Numbered from the stretch's first letter, positions 1-14,438 are shown. The stretch: 64,000 bases of DNA from Nymphaea colorata (GCF_008831285.2 NC_045138.2:27652001-27716000); one strand, 5' to 3'. Notes: generated from the letters alone by a model not told the origin. Program-made: numbers and translations.

Positions 1-170
1 GCTCGATTATCTGTGCTAAGTCCCTCGAGATTTGCTTGACACAGAGGATGCATTTTTTTTTGCTTTACTTATCCATATTATCTTTTTTATGATCTTAAAT
101 CATAGATAATCTTCATTCCCATTTTTCTCTTCTTATCTAGCTAAGCTCAACATCATCCAGATAAAAGAAA

Positions 171-172
<2 letters not shown>

Positions 173-263
<91 letters not shown>
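173..263. repeat. (AT)n microsatellite, about 45 units
   Basis: Uninterrupted tatata run visible in the sequence. Confidence 0.98.
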
Positions 264-265
<2 letters not shown>

Positions 266-1054
266 CTTATCCAATAACGTTAATACAAAATTAATTGTAT
301 CTAAATATATAATTTGATCTTTAATAGCATTCGAATTAATTATGTGACATTTTTGTTGTTAATGTTAGCAAGTTCTTCAAGAAAAACCTGAAGTTAAACA
401 TTTTTTCATGTTACTTTTTCACTTATCTAACAATTAAAATTTCAAAAGTATGTCTCCTGAATTTTTTTAGTTAACCATAAAAACTCTCAACCGTGCTTTT
501 AATGATATGAAAAGGTTTAGGTGTATTTTTTATTATTGTAAATTATTTAGGTGTGTTGTTCAAAATTTCTTTAAATGTGCTTATATATGTACAATTTTAA
601 TTGGTCCATATGGCAACCACTCTCGGTCAGAATCCATGTTTCTTCAAGGAATGGATTATATCCTTATTGCTCTACATCAGCAACACGAGTTAATTTTCAT
701 TTAATGCAGAGGCAAAAGATCTTATGATTCATCAAATTAGGGATTTTAATCATGAATTAGTCACTAAATCAATTGTGAATAAGCATATAATTTTGCATCA
801 TTTTGTTTCTGATCTTTTTAACAATAATTTAAGTTAATATAAAAAGTATTTACTTTAAAAAACAATTAGAGTTAATTAAAAGTATTCAAGAAAAGGGGCG
901 GAGTTGCATTGGGCGAGAACATTCGTCACCCAAGGCCGCCGTCAAAGCCGGCGAAATCGTTAAGTGGATTGGCGAAGCCTACCAGAAACAAGTGCCGGTA
1001 AATATTCGATGGCATCAAAAGCACTAAGTTGTTGATTGCGTCCCCAAACTTCGT

Positions 1055-1116
1055 GGGGCACGTGATGAGAGAGAATCAGATGCCTGGGGGTCACGTGACG
1101 GCTCGCCTATAAGTAC
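1055..1116 (+). promoter_or_regulatory. Putative core promoter of the phosphatase gene: two G-boxes (CACGTG near 1059 and 1092) and a TATA-like CTATAAGTA near 1107
   Basis: Motifs read directly, 180-230 bp upstream of ATG 1286. Function is inferred. Confidence 0.5.
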
Positions 1117-1285
1117 TCAGCTCTGCCTCTCGTAGGATTCACAGCGAGAACTAGAGGCAGTAATCCTTCTGTTGCGCGAGACTCTTAGAATTGTGCGCTT
1201 TTGTGCTTCGTCCTTGTTCAAACCACTCTTTCTCGCCGGAAAACCGCTTGAGGATCGCTTGGGTGTGGTGCCTTTTTCACTCCCC

Positions 1286-3363
1286 ATGGCCGGTGTGATC
1301 GTCGTGTTCGACTTCGACAAGACGATCATCGACGTCGACAGTGACGACTGGGTGATAGATGGCTTGGGACTTACTGAGAGGTTCAACGAACTGCTCCACA
1401 CCATGCCGTGGAATTGTTTGATGGTTGGTCTTCTCCTGGTGATTTTAGGGATTTATTTTGCTTCGTTTATTTTGATAGTTTTTAAAATCATACCATAGCA
1501 GTTTTATGCCCCGTAATCACAAATGTTGTTAGTTTTTTCGACAATGTCGCCATGATATCATAAGATTTTCAAAAGATGCGATATTTTTAGAAGACGCTGT
1601 TTCTTGTTTTTGTTTCGTGAAATTAATCTTATGATCTTAAATTTTTATATTTGAAAGAAGGTTCTCTATATAGTTCTGTGTATTGCAGCTTACTTGGTGC
1701 CCTGATTGTTGTTGCTTTGTCATTGAGATCATTCCTCTTTCTTTTGGCAATGGTGGCCTACCCTTATTTAGTTTTTCTGAAAATGCCGACTTCCTTGCTC
1801 ATGGCTAATTGGCAATTTGGCACCGTCTTTTCCACCAATGCAGCGTTCTTCTGGTTCTTCTTCAGTTTTCCAATTATTGTCAGTGGATGTTTATTCCGTG
1901 TTTTATATCTTCAAAACAATCTCGAGAACAAAAAAATTGTAAGTAATTTTTTGAAAGTCTGCCTTCAGTGACCCTGGACTTCAGTTATTTTTTGGTACAT
2001 TATCCAAGCAAGAGGATATTTCAGCAACATTCCACTCCCTAATATCCCAGAATGAAATTCTAAAACATGACCGAACTGTGAACGTGTCTTTTGCTTTATT
2101 ATTTTGTGGGATATCAGTCTTTCTTTTCAGATCAATCAAATTATTGTAGTTCATGCCACAAAATCGACAAGATGCATTTATCTTTGTCAATCTTCAGGAT
2201 AAGCTTTTGGGGGAACTCAATGAGCAGGGAAGAACAATTGAAGACATTGCTGCTTGCTTAAAAAGCATTCCATTGCATCCCCAGATCATATCCGCCATAA
2301 AATCAGCCTACTCTTTGGGGTTAGCTTCCATTGCTCTATTTCAAAGTGGTTAAATTATTTCATATTTTAGATTGTGATTAGGCCGGTCACCCCGAGGAAT
2401 CTATGGTCAAGAATGGTCCAATCTGGACAATAGAGTCCTATCATGCAACAAGATGCTTACTGCAGCTTCCTGCTGTAGAATTTTGCTTGCTGCATTTGTT
2501 TGAAATGCTAACTCTTGTGTTTCTGTGTCCAAAAAAACAGGTGTGATTTGCGAGTTGTTAGTGATGCAAATATGTTCTACATTGAAACCATTCTTAAACA
2601 TCACGAGCTATTTGATTATTTCTCAGAGATTAACACCAATCCAAGCTACGTCGATGACAATGGGCGGTTGACGATCGTCCCCTATCATGATTTCCACACT
2701 TCAGTTCATGGATGTGCTCTCTGCCCTCCTAATATGTGCAAGGTAACAAGATGAAATGCAAAATCATGGGGCTTCTGAGTTAACTAGATTTGATTTTTCT
2801 AAAAATAAATTCAAGTTTGGAATCCATTTTCAGAAAGGCTAAAATTTCAAATTCCTTTCTTGAAAAATCTTAAGTTCCAATCCATTTTGAGAAAGACGTG
2901 ATGCATTTAAGCTGTTAATTTGTCTTAGATTGTGTTGACTACTTGCTCCCCGAGTTGGACTTTAGTAACATCAACACTTTGTCTCTGAATTTTGATAACT
3001 GTGAACCAGGGCTTGATTATTGATCGTATCCGAGACTCTACCATGAAAGACTCGACAGCAGCAAAGAAATTCATATACCTCGGTGATGGTAGGGGTGATT
3101 ATTGTCCAGCACTAAAACTTGATGAAAGTGATAAAGTGTTGCCTAGGAAGGATTACCCCCTGTGGAATCTCATTCAAAAGAACCCCCAGCTCATCAGAGC
3201 AGAAATTCATGCTTGGTGCAATGCTGCTGAGCTTGAAGAAACACTGGTCCAACTCATCCACGCTAACACATCCGATTCTATTGCGGCAGACTGCAAGTCT
3301 CTATCTGCTCTTCCCTCTCATCACGAAGCTCTTGTTCTCCATCCTCTCCCTGTGCAACAGTGA
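1286..3363 (+). CDS. HAD-family phosphatase, PS2/PECP1/PHOSPHO1-like (inorganic pyrophosphatase / phosphoethanolamine-phosphocholine phosphatase), 4 exons
   Basis: Exons 1286-1423, 2198-2319, 2541-2742, 3010-3363, all GT-AG and in phase. Motifs: VVFDFDKTIIDVDSDDW (HAD motif I), VSDAN, CPPNMCKG, YLGDGRGDYCP. Confidence 0.93.
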
Positions 3364-4009
3364 CAGCTTCTTTGTCTTCTCTGCATCAAATCCCGAGTCC
3401 TTTTGGACTTTGAAGACTTTTATGGAAGGTGGGTTGCGGCTCCCAAAGAAGCCGAGCAGCATGATAATTTTGCTCAGTTCGTCATCTAAAAAGCTGTTTG
3501 ATTATGTAGCTGACTAGGGAAAAGGAGCTAAGCAAAAATAACTGCTGTTCTGCTCTGGCCCTGTAAGTTTATGAAGAAAGATGATGATCCATAAGGAGGC
3601 GTTTCATGGGTGGTTGAAAATTTTCTGGATGTAGTTTCTTGTCAATGGAAGCTATCAGACAATGCAAAATATTTTCAAGAATTTTTTTTCTCTGTTTTAT
3701 AACATGCGGCTCTTTCATAATTCCAAGTGAAGCTTTTAGCACCAACCCTTTTTTTTTTAAGAAAAAACTTTAACCACTTATAGAACATGAAACATTTCTA
3801 TGAAAGAAATATTTCATGCCATCAAAAGCCTCCTTGAGTTATGGGTGGGAAGATGTGTTGGTGTAAAAGCATTTGGCTTCGCTAAATTCAAGCCAAATAA
3901 CTAAGGTGCAACTTCCTTGAGCCAATCAAAGCGGGCATGTAAATCATACTCGAACAGTTCCTCATGGAAGCCTAATTGGACCTGGATCAAGGATTCAAGG
4001 GGGAAGCCA

Positions 4010-4375
4010 TCAGAGGCCAGCTCAACTCGAAAAAACTGTTCTTCGATTTCCACTCGAACTCAAGTCGAGCTCGATAGAATGAAACTCGAATTCGACCGAA
4101 AATACAGTATCGAGCTCGACTCGTTTAATTCGTTTTTGTTGACACGTTTTGTTCATTTACGTTCGTTTAACATGTCAACTCGTTTAATTAATTCAATTAC
4201 CAAGAATCCGTTTTTCATGGTCATGTTTACATGGGTTGAGTTTTTACAACTCAAACTCGACTTTCGACTCTTTGATCATTTCAAGTTTAAATTTAAACTC
4301 CAGTTTGATTCATTTATAAATGAGTCGATCTCAGAGTGAGCTTTTTTGGAGCGAGTTGAGCATTGTGCAGCCCCA
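4010..4375. mobile_element. Degenerate non-autonomous DNA transposon / MITE rich in CTCGA-GCTCG-ACTCG subterminal motifs
   Basis: Dense actcga/gagctcg motifs and a tgcagcccc end. Similar to the elements at 35050-35579 and 39700-40168. Left end approximate. Confidence 0.6.
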
Positions 4376-4399
4376 CCCCACCCGCCTCATCAGTATTAT

Positions 4400-4630
4400 A
4401 AGGCTGGGCATCAGGTCGAGCACCTTATGGATACCCAGTACTTGGCTTGATTCGAACAAAAAAAAAATGAAGTTCAGGTTGATGGATAAGAATTTTTTAA
4501 TACATATTTTATTGATTTTTATATATAATTATAATATTTAATTACGATTAATTATATTTATATATTATTTTATATTAAAAATATATATTTTTTTATTTAA
4601 AAAAGCCAAACTCCGACTCGAGTTTTAGGT
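4400..4630. mobile_element. MITE-like dispersed repeat with AT-rich core, same family as 60420-60910
   Basis: Shares (g)gtacttg(g/a)cttga...gaaaaaaaa...ga(g)attttttaatacata with the copies at 60420-60910. Confidence 0.5.
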
Positions 4631-6220
4631 ATTGAATTAGGTTACAGTGGACTTGCTGTATTCGGATCCAATAAAACTGATCCGTACCTGGTCCCCGAAG
4701 TTTCATTAGATCCAAATCAATTTTTTGGGCTTTCGTGGACGTTTCGGGAGGCATTCGTCGTCTCTATCGCTTCCTTTCCTCCGTCATATTTGAACGTCAC
4801 CACTGTCGGTGATTATTCCTGGAAGAAAGCCGACTCCCTAATTCCTAAACCGCCCGATGTTTCGACGTAAATTACAAAAGTATCTTCTTCGACTACCACG
4901 GATCGGAATTCATCATTGGAGCTCCCTTAAATTGGATCCCTAATGCAAAATCATATGGATTAAATAGATCAAATCTTGCCCACATTTTTTTTTCTTTTTT
5001 AAATAATCCTTGCTTAAGTAATTGTGTTTAATTCCCTTTTATTTGAAGTCTCTGTCCAAATTTACTTTATTTATTCCAATTTTTTTTTCACCCCCTGAAG
5101 AATAGCATTAACTGCTGATATTAACCATTGTTCCTAGGCCGAAGGGAATAGTGTAGGCATAGAGCATAGCAGGTTGGGCTGGAGCGTGTTAGATAGTGTT
5201 ATGTTAGATAGTGTTATATGCAGTTCCATCACCATGTGTTTTATGTCTTTTTGTCAAAAATGAGATTAGAGCAATATGCTAGCTAACATAAGCTGAACCT
5301 ATGCTATGCTGGAAGAATAAGGGCTTTCAAGCTTTTTTTTTTCAAGTGGGTCCTAATCCTCTCACTCTCTCAAAATTTTGACAAATATTGCCAAAAAAGA
5401 TGGGGGTAAATATCTTCATAAATGTTTTGCAAAATATCTTTTGAAAGAAAAACTTGTCTCGTTGTACATTTTTCTATAACGCCCCACCTTTTTTTTTAAG
5501 TATTGTATCTAAGATTGCGAAGAGATTTTATAAAGGAGGTTGTTAAGTAGTTGATTGACAAGTTTTTATCATTTTTCAAACTGAAACTGAATTTGTTAAC
5601 TGGTGGTTTGGGATTTGTTGGACCAAGAGCCCAAGCTCAGTGTAAGTTGGGTTGTTAGAGTGGCATAATTATAGTACATTTTAATATTTTGATGTGGTGC
5701 CCACACAGACAGAAGCTTGTATCCACCGCTTTTTGAAAAGTTTAGTCTCGTATATAAGATTGTGAGGAATCTTTGAAGACTTATAAAAGTGGTTGTTAAA
5801 GAGTTAGTTTTTTTTTTTCAGTTTCTAGCTTTTTTTGGAGCAGATTATGATTCAACAGACCAGGAGCCCGAGCCTATGTGGCTAGTTATTAGATTTTCTT
5901 TTTTCATGTACTTGGTAGAAACTACCATGAATTGAGAGACTTTGTTGCTCGGGGCATAAATCCCACATGATCATTCCCCCATAAGCCTAAGTTCCTGATA
6001 CTGATCAGCTTGAACAAGGGGCTGGCGCCTCCAAGATGGCTGGCCTAAACCAAAACCCATCGAGGCATTAATACATTCTTTCAAATAAAGGAGAAACTGA
6101 ACCTAAAATCTCAACAATGATAGAAGACACAGCCAAGGTTTCGATCTACACATTTCATTCATTTAGCATCAAATGTTTTAAGTGCAAAATGAATTGTAGT
6201 GCCAAAATAATTTTTTATAA

Positions 6221-6523
6221 GGGAGTGTTTGGGTGGCACTTCAAAACCAGGCTTTATCTCTTGGTTTTACCTCAAAAAACCTGATTTTGCAGCATTTGAG
6301 TGCCATCAAAACTGAGTTTAAAAAAACTCAGCTTTCACAAAACTTGGTTTTGTAAAAGAGGGTGAAAAACCTGGTTCCCTTAGGTTATTCAAAAACTAGG
6401 TTTTGGATGTCACCCAAACAAAAACAAAAAAAACAAACTTTTTAAAACTCATTAAGAAACATGGTTTTCATAAAACCTAGTTTTACAAAATTGAGTTAGA
6501 GGCAGGTGTCATCCAAATGCCCC
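6221..6523. mobile_element. Tourist-like (PIF/Harbinger) MITE
   Basis: Imperfect TIRs GGGAGTGTTTGGGTGGCAC / GTGTCATCCAAATGCCCC. Flanks are TAA (left) and GAA (right). Internal aaaacc/ggtttt inverted motifs. Confidence 0.7.
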
Positions 6524-7800
6524 GAAGTAGTTTTTCTACCCCCTTTGTGTTAACTATTGATTTCTCAAGTAACTAAGGGGATTTTTTTTTTTCATTTTTC
6601 ATTTTTACATAGGGAAAACCACTTTCTGCTTAAAAGTTTCCATGACCATAAACCCTTATGCGTCTAAGATTATAATTTGCTTCGGAGCTTGGGTAGTCTT
6701 ATGGTACACCCTTCAACTTGAGTGTCATCCTTGTTATCTTTACAAACCTAAAATTTAACACATTTGGAACATGACGGTGGCCATGAGCCTCGAACACTTT
6801 GAATGTGCTAGAGTGTTCTTCTTAAATACTCTAAAAACTTAGATGATTTTACTGGACATATTTTTTCTAACTCATGAAGAAAGAAAGAAAAAAGACAGAA
6901 GTAGTGATGAATATGACAGTTCCTATATTAAATTTAAAGACAAAAGTTTGGTGAAGAGAGAAAAAGCAAACAACCAAAAGAACCCCCCTTTCTCAGCTAC
7001 TTTTTTCACATGGAAGATAATGGAACTATCCTGAAGTAAGCGAAAGTTTGCTTTGGCATGTAAAAAGTAATCTTTGCTCCTTGCAAATGAAATAGTTTTA
7101 GAATACTACACCAAACTGGAAAAATTACCTAAAAAGAACCAACAAAGAAACTGACATTTGCTTGTGGGTAGTACTCTAAATGCAACAACTCTTCGTCTCT
7201 CTCCCTCTCCCCTATACACAAAATCAAAGTCATAAAAAACTTGGCATCATCAAGCGACTAATTTGAATTAGAGTTGTAGGTTGCGGTTGATAGTCCTCTA
7301 AGATCTTAGGTGATTTGAAGTTTATACTATTGCGAAATCCACAGTTCAAATGAATAATGAAGTTTAGTTCCACAACCTTGCAATCAATGATAAATATAAA
7401 AACCATGTTCTTAGGGAGCGTTTGATGTTCTAGAATTTTTAATGCAACCTATATGATCCGAATCGGGTCCAACCTTAAATTCAGAATACGATTGGTCCAC
7501 ATCCGCCAAGTGACTACAATTGTAATATCAATAAAATATCGACCCTTTTCCTGGATCATTGTGCCATAGAATTCATCCTCTCTTTTGCAAGTGCCTCGAT
7601 AGTCCCCCCCTGCGCGCGCGCGTCAGGGAGCAGGAGGGCAAAAGCAAAACGCGGCGACGGGAAGAGGGCTCGTACGTGCGATAGACCATCTTCGCACGTG
7701 CGAACTCCTCTGCATCTTCTCCTTCCTCTTTCCCTCCCTGGCTCCTCCACTCTGCATGTGACGGCTTCGGAGACGGTGATCGCCGGCCGGCCTCTCGTCG

Positions 7801-10800
7801 ATGGCCGGTCGAACGGCCGAGGAGGGAGCCGGGCCGCCCCGCAGTCCCCTGGAGAAGCTTCCGGTGGTCGTGAAGGAGCTCGTGGCCGGTGGAGTCGCGG
7901 GAGGGATCGCGAAGACGGCCGTCGCTCCGCTCGAGCGCGTCAAGATCCTCTTCCAGGTGAGAAGACGCCGGATTTCCTGTTCCTTTTCTTGCCGGGACTT
8001 TCCGACTTTCTCCTTTCTCTCTGCTCATCTCTTCTCTCGAAATTTTGGGAACTCCCGCGTTTTCTTTACCTCTTTGGGGAATTCTCCCCCCCGATGCACC
8101 GATTCTTTTCTTGATCTTTTGACAATGAATAATTTTGAAAGAGTAGGTTGCGGAATATTTTTCAACCGGAAATGCAGGCGAAAAGGCGAAAGTTTGAGAA
8201 TGACTAACTAGTCCCGTGGTTAGCTACTGGCCGGATTTTCTTACTTTCTTTTTCCGGGTTGATTCGATTCTCTTCTTTCTAGGGCCTCGGCTGAACGATT
8301 GAATTGTTTTATATTATTTTTTCCCTTCTTTCTGTTGCCGTTGGCTCTGAAGTCCTTGCCATTTGGATACAAAATAGTTTAATATGATTTAGGCGAAGTT
8401 CGTTTGGGCATGACTAAAAGGGTAGGAAACTATTTAGCGTAGGCAGGAGTGGAAACTGGAATAGTTTTCGTAAACGGAAAAGGACTAACATACCCTTCGC
8501 TAGTAAATTTCGTGAGCACGTCCTACCCGCAGAAGTATTCTAATTTCTGAGGATTTTGGATACGATGAAATTGTCCTTCTGGGCGGCTGCTTTCAGGATT
8601 CGATGGCTCTGAGATTGTATGGTATCATCTATTCGAATTAGACTCCAAGTAGTCAAATTACACAAGGAAAACAAGGTCCGCTACTAATTAGAAATGGAAA
8701 TATCTTTCTCTTGGTGCATGAATTCAAATATTTCGCATGCACGATCGAGTGATCTCTTATCCGTCGCTTTTCATATATGTATGTGCTTTCGGAGGAACCA
8801 TGTCCACATGATGGGCATGTTTGACCGTCTCTGAATGGCACGCCATTACTTTGTTGTGGAAGACAGATGTTTACATGGGTACATTCGTGAAGAACCACTA
8901 TCATGGCGGTTGTCAAATGTATCACGGAGTCCCCGGAGGAACACGTACGTCATACGTATGGTTCAAGGCAATGGCAAAGCGATAAGTCCACTTGGAGCGG
9001 AGCATCCGGTGGTCCTATTCTTGATATCCACCTAAGCCGACAGCTGACCTCAAGTCTCCGGTGATTCATGCCTCTGACCTAACGCATTGCCACACGTCTT
9101 AGGGACTACGCATAGATGCCGGCTATCCGTTACTTTTCTTTTGGTGGTGTTTTACATTGATAACAGGTAAGCTGCAAAAACCAGGTAACTCGATCTGCTC
9201 CTTCCGCTACGGGTCTATGGCCAAATTGGGGTGTAAGGCCTTTGAAGATCTTCGAGTTACTTGGAGATTTCTCCGGTTTTGCCGAAGTTGTAAGGGGAAC
9301 TAGGTCATTATTTCCGAAAAGAAATTGAATGCTAGCCGAGTAGTAGGCTTGAATTGTTCAAGACATACGTCACGCCATCATAATTTCAGCCCGTATATGT
9401 GTTAATCTTTTAGCTTCTTCATAGCTAACCTGGTTGATTTCCTTTTTTAGCTGGGCAATGCCCATGTCCAAATGGGTCCAGGAAAAAGCTGAATCAGCCA
9501 ACCAATCCTGTTTGGTCAATTCTTGTTGCTTGGTTTGGGTCTAAACATAAATCGACCTAATAGACTAGTCATGGCTTGGACCCAAACGGTGGTCTTGAAA
9601 GACCAAGCCGCTGGTTTCTGGACTACTTGGAGTGTTTGGATGCTATGGCTTCAAATCCTTCCATGCTTCCCGGATAAGCTTATTTTTAAACTTAGATTTC
9701 TGGGGAGTTTCTCGTAAATAGTGGAGAGAGAAGACATGAAAAGTAAAACGAATCGCAAAATGTGAGTCACTTCAACTGTAATATTGGTTGGAAGTCGATT
9801 TAATCCCCAGACATTGAGTCTTGCTCCATGATTTTAGGTGAAACAATTTGGTAGTGTTAGACGTCCTTCCAATGTGGGGATGATTCTTTCCTTCGATCGG
9901 GATGATTTATCCCTTTCTTGACGCGTTTCCGTATCGAAAGCTAGAAGAAAAGAAACTTCAATGAATCAGACATAAGCTTATTCTTGATAAATCCTTGTCA
10001 TAATTTGGATCCTATCGTATTTCTTGCAGACTAGCAGAGATGACTTCCGTGGTTTAGGCTTACGGGCATCATTTAAAAAGATTTTGAAGACAGACGGGAT
10101 TCTTGGTTTTTATAGGTGTGTTTCTATATTCTGCTCAATCTTAATGTCTCCGAAAATCTTAATCTGCTTCTTGGTAAAGATATATGTGGCATCTAACGTT
10201 TGATCTGCTTCTTGTTAAAGATATATGTGGCATCTAACGTTTGATCTGCTTCTTGTTAAAGATATCTGTATTCTTTATTTGTTATTGAGTCTAGTTGGTA
10301 TATTCAATTTCCTATCCTTTGCTCTATGATGCAGTTACTATTTAATTTTTTTACGGTTAGCTTCTCAGGTGTTCAATTGTTGATTTTCCTTTTCTGTCCT
10401 AAATCTTTTCAGAGGAAATGGCGCTAGCGTTGCAAGGATCGTGCCATATGCTGCCTTGCATTATATGGCATATGAACAATATCGGCGCTGGATTATTGAA
10501 GGTTTTCCTGATGTTAAAAGAGGTCCATCTCTTGACCTGGTGGCAGGATCGTTTGCTGGTGGAACTGCTGTTCTGTTTACATATCCTCTTGACCTTGTTC
10601 GAACAAAATTGGCATATCAGGTGCTGGAAGGTCCTCTTTTTTCTCTATGATTCTGGATAAAAAATAGACTTGTGGATAGATTGTCTTGATCAAGTCTGAT
10701 TACTAGACGAATCAAAGTTTCAATCTGCCTTCCATTAGTTTTGGTCCTCCAAATTAATTTCTTAAACTGCATTCTTCTTTCAAAATAATTTACAAAATGA

Positions 10801-13259
10801 GGTGTCTGGTCAAGGATGGTTGCTTTTTGCATTGCGAGGTTTTAACACATGGCAGAAAATTATATATATTGGTATGTTTCTATGTGGCGACAATTTTGTA
10901 TTTTTTAAGCGATTCCATCATATAATGCCATATTGTTCTGAAGCTTGCTTAAATGCGGACATCTCTCACCTGTTCAGCCGGTAATGAGAAACAAAATTTA
11001 TAATTCTGCACGCACTAGCCATTGTCTCTTAGAATTTTGATGGTTCTGTGCTTCGCTGCAATTTGTTTGGTGTTGGTTGTTGGCTTCCATTCAAAACTTG
11101 CATAACCAACTGTTTTTTGGAATTACTTAATCCACCCTTGACTGTTAATCAGAAAATTAACACATCCTATTGGCTTGAAATTAATATGTTGATCGCTGAT
11201 ATTTATGACTTCATTGAGTTCTTATTGTTTGTCATGAATATCCAGGTGACTCCTATGAGCATCAGTTCGTTAAAACCTGTGACTGCTTATTGTTCTGATC
11301 AATTTTATAGAGGAATCGCTCACACCATTGTCAGCATCTATAGAGAAAGTGGCCTGAGAGGTCTCTATCGTGGAGCAGGTATGCAAGATTTTGGAATTTT
11401 TTATTGGCTGCATTGAGGTCTCATCATTGTACAACCATTCCTGATTAGTTCTTTTGTCTTACTAACCTTAGATTTTCTTTACACATTCGAAATGGTTTTC
11501 CTCATTAGATTTATCAAATTGATTGCTGTCAGCATCGATGTGTGTGTGTATATTGGCCCTTCTTTTTTGTCATCTGGGAATCTTTTCTAAGCCAGCTGGT
11601 ACAATCGCAAATTTTTTTCATCTGCTGATTGACATCATACGTTGTGAGTGTAGCTTCCAATTCCATGCTTATATCATCCCTGGTCAAGAAGAGATAAACG
11701 TCAAAACAGACCGAGAAGACATGTAACAGTGCATGAAAGTTTACAATCCATGCTCTAACTTGTCCACTAATAGAGCAGAAACCAGTCTGCATGAAAATGT
11801 GGAGACTTTTGGTCCATGATCTTGTGTGATCATGGCTGCTTTCAGATTGTATTGATGGTTTGCTAGTTTTTTATTTTATGACATGTATATAGATTATTGC
11901 TTTGTCCACTTATTGGCCCTGCACCAGGCTCTACCTATTTGAAATAGAAGAAAATGAATATCATATACATGTGCATGTTTTTTCGTGCACATATATGAAT
12001 TTATCCATGAAAGTACTATTGAATGTACTCATAAATCTTATCAGCATGAGCGCGATTCTTTTAAGAAAAAGTCCAGATTTGTGTTTGAGTTTTGCTCAAA
12101 TAGTAAATAAATAAGCTTGACCCAGGCTTTTTCACAAGGATTTTATTCCTTGACTTGCCTATGAACATGAGAAACACTAAAGATGGACTGATTATTTGGT
12201 TCAACACTGACGTCATGTAAATCCACGGTCTTTTGCTTGCCTAATGCTATCATGGGGACCTTTATAGTTCATGAACTATGAAGAACTGTTCTGGATTGTT
12301 CATGTAGTGTAGTTGATATCTGTTCATCTATGGTCCATTGCTCCTTTACTTTATCCTCCGCAGGAAATTTCATTAAGCATGTTACTTGATAACTGAAGCT
12401 TCTTAAATGTCTTTGAGGCTTTCATTCAACTGCCTTAGCTTCAAAAGCTTTAATGCTGAAATGCATCTCATCTTGTCCCCAGCTGAATCTTTGAATAATT
12501 GAAAAATATAAGGAAATATATTTGGGCGTTCTCTTCAAATATGACAGGAGAAATAAGCACAGGAACTATCAGTCTCCAGGATTTCAGAAGTGTTCCTTAA
12601 AAGTATTTCTAATCTAGAACTTGTTTATGTTTCAGCCCCATCACTCTACGGAATATTCCCATATGCTGGCCTAAAATTCTATTTCTATGAGGAGACGAAG
12701 AGGCGTGTTCCCAAGGAGCACCGAAAAGACATACATGTTAATCTCATCTGTGGATCTTTTGCTGGACTACTGGGCCAAACACTAACATACCCACTTGATG
12801 TTGTCAGGAGGCAAATGCAGGTGTTGTCTTCTTCCTCAAGGTTAATAACATCTTTAGCTGTTGGCAGGTGCTAATAGCAGTTTATAATAGAGTTTATGCT
12901 TGTAGGTACAAAGGCTAGCAGTTTTATCTGACAGCAGAAAGGAGATTTCAGGGACCGTAGAAACCTTAGTGACAATTGTCCAACAGCAAGGTTGGAGGCA
13001 ATTATTTTCAGGGCTGAGCATCAACTATTTGAAGGTTAGTGGGAGTCGATTCTAATTTTTTTGCAAAATCTGTTGGACCTGGCTATGTTCTAATTTCAGG
13101 GTTGCCTTTTGTTTTCTTCAGGTGGTTCCTTCAGTTGCCATTGGGTTTACAGTTTATGACGCTATGAAATCATGGTTAAGAGTTCCACCTAGAGATGATG
13201 TGGTTGTTGAAGTAGCATCACAAAGAAGAAAAGCTCACACCTCATCTTTGCCGTCCTGA
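7801..13259 (+). CDS. Mitochondrial carrier family protein, CoAc (coenzyme A carrier; Leu5/Graves-disease-carrier-like), 7 exons
   Basis: Exons 7801-7956, 10030-10115, 10413-10620, 11246-11378, 12636-12820, 12906-13034, 13122-13259. Three carrier signatures: [25 protein letters not shown]. Also [24 protein letters not shown] and [19 protein letters not shown]. Confidence 0.93.
10162..10266. repeat. 41-bp tandem repeat, about 2.5 copies, in intron 2 of the carrier gene
   Basis: Unit atctgcttcttg(g/t)taaagatatatgtggcatctaacgtttg starts at 10162, 10203 and 10244. Confidence 0.92.
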
Positions 13260-14435
13260 CTATGATGTTGCACTGGAAATGACCGGTTTTTTCGGATGGA
13301 ATCTGCAAAAATTATATATTTTTAAGCTGATTACAAATTCCATTCTTTTTGTATATTCCAATTCATATGGTGTATATTTTATTGGTTGAGAGAATAAGTG
13401 AAATAAATCAAAGCTTGTAAGTTTTCCCAGTGTAGTTTTTCCTTTCTAATAGTCTTTTCTAGTGAAGACGTGCAGAAAACGTAAAATTTGACTAACGAAT
13501 TGTTGAAGTCTCGTACATGTACTTTCACAAAAGAAAAATGAGTTGTATGGAAACTCCTTGTCGCAAGTATTGATGTTTTCTTCTAGTTTCTACTATTTGC
13601 ATTAATACACAAAAGTTCATCCTTTCCTGTTTAGCCATGTCTCCTCTTTCTTGGTTAGCCTGTCAAGTACTTAATGCTTTAATCTACTTGTGAAGGCACA
13701 ATCTCCATTAAACTTCCAGGCCATGCAAACAAGCAATGACAAACAAGTTTGCTAGCTGAAAGAAGGACCAGAAGAGTGACATGTTTTTTGGCTCATCCAC
13801 AAGCTGCTGCCTGCTAGGTTGTACACGTAGCTAGGTAGGTTGGTTGGGGCTCCAAGATGAAGAGAGTAGGGTTTGATACCCGGGATGGGCAAATTCTTTA
13901 TAAGCTATCCTGCACGCTTGGCTCAGCTGTTCAGTTTACTTTGTGAAATCGCAACCTGAACCGCATCACTCAAAGAACTTATATTTCTTTTCGCCTAAAA
14001 GGGAATTGTATAAAACTATACAGATTATAAAACTGTATAGAATGCTCGACTGCAATCTTATATTCCACACATGAAAAAAGGTACTTTCTGCTATCATGTT
14101 TGCTTATAACCCATTACGAAAATACATTTTCCCCATTTATCACTTTTTCTACAAGAAATCACTTTGTATTGTCTAATTGTAGAGGCATGTGGGATCGATC
14201 TTTTGCCTTCTATCACCCTAGCTATAGTGAAGTTTAGCTACACTCGTTTTTCTTCTATTTTCCCCTTCTGCATTGAATTAATAATGAGAACTAACAAGAT
14301 TTATAATTATATGTATATTCTGTGCTATAATATAATATGTATATATAATGTTATATATTATATTTAAATATACTATATTATATGTCACATACTGTTTAAT
14401 ATGTTATGTATGTACAGATATGTAACGAATATGGT

Positions 14436-14438
<3 letters not shown>

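Noticed and set aside
995..1010. P1BS phosphate-starvation element expected upstream of a PS2-like gene
   Set aside because: Only imperfect matches (AAATATTC, TTATATCC) were seen, with no exact GNATATNC in the proximal promoter.
3917..4541. 140-aa and 73-aa ORFs as genes
   Set aside because: They lie within MITE-derived repeats and show no protein motifs.
10162..10266. Regularly spaced repeat as a CRISPR-like array
   Set aside because: Head-to-tail copies without unique spacers in a plant intron. An ordinary minisatellite.
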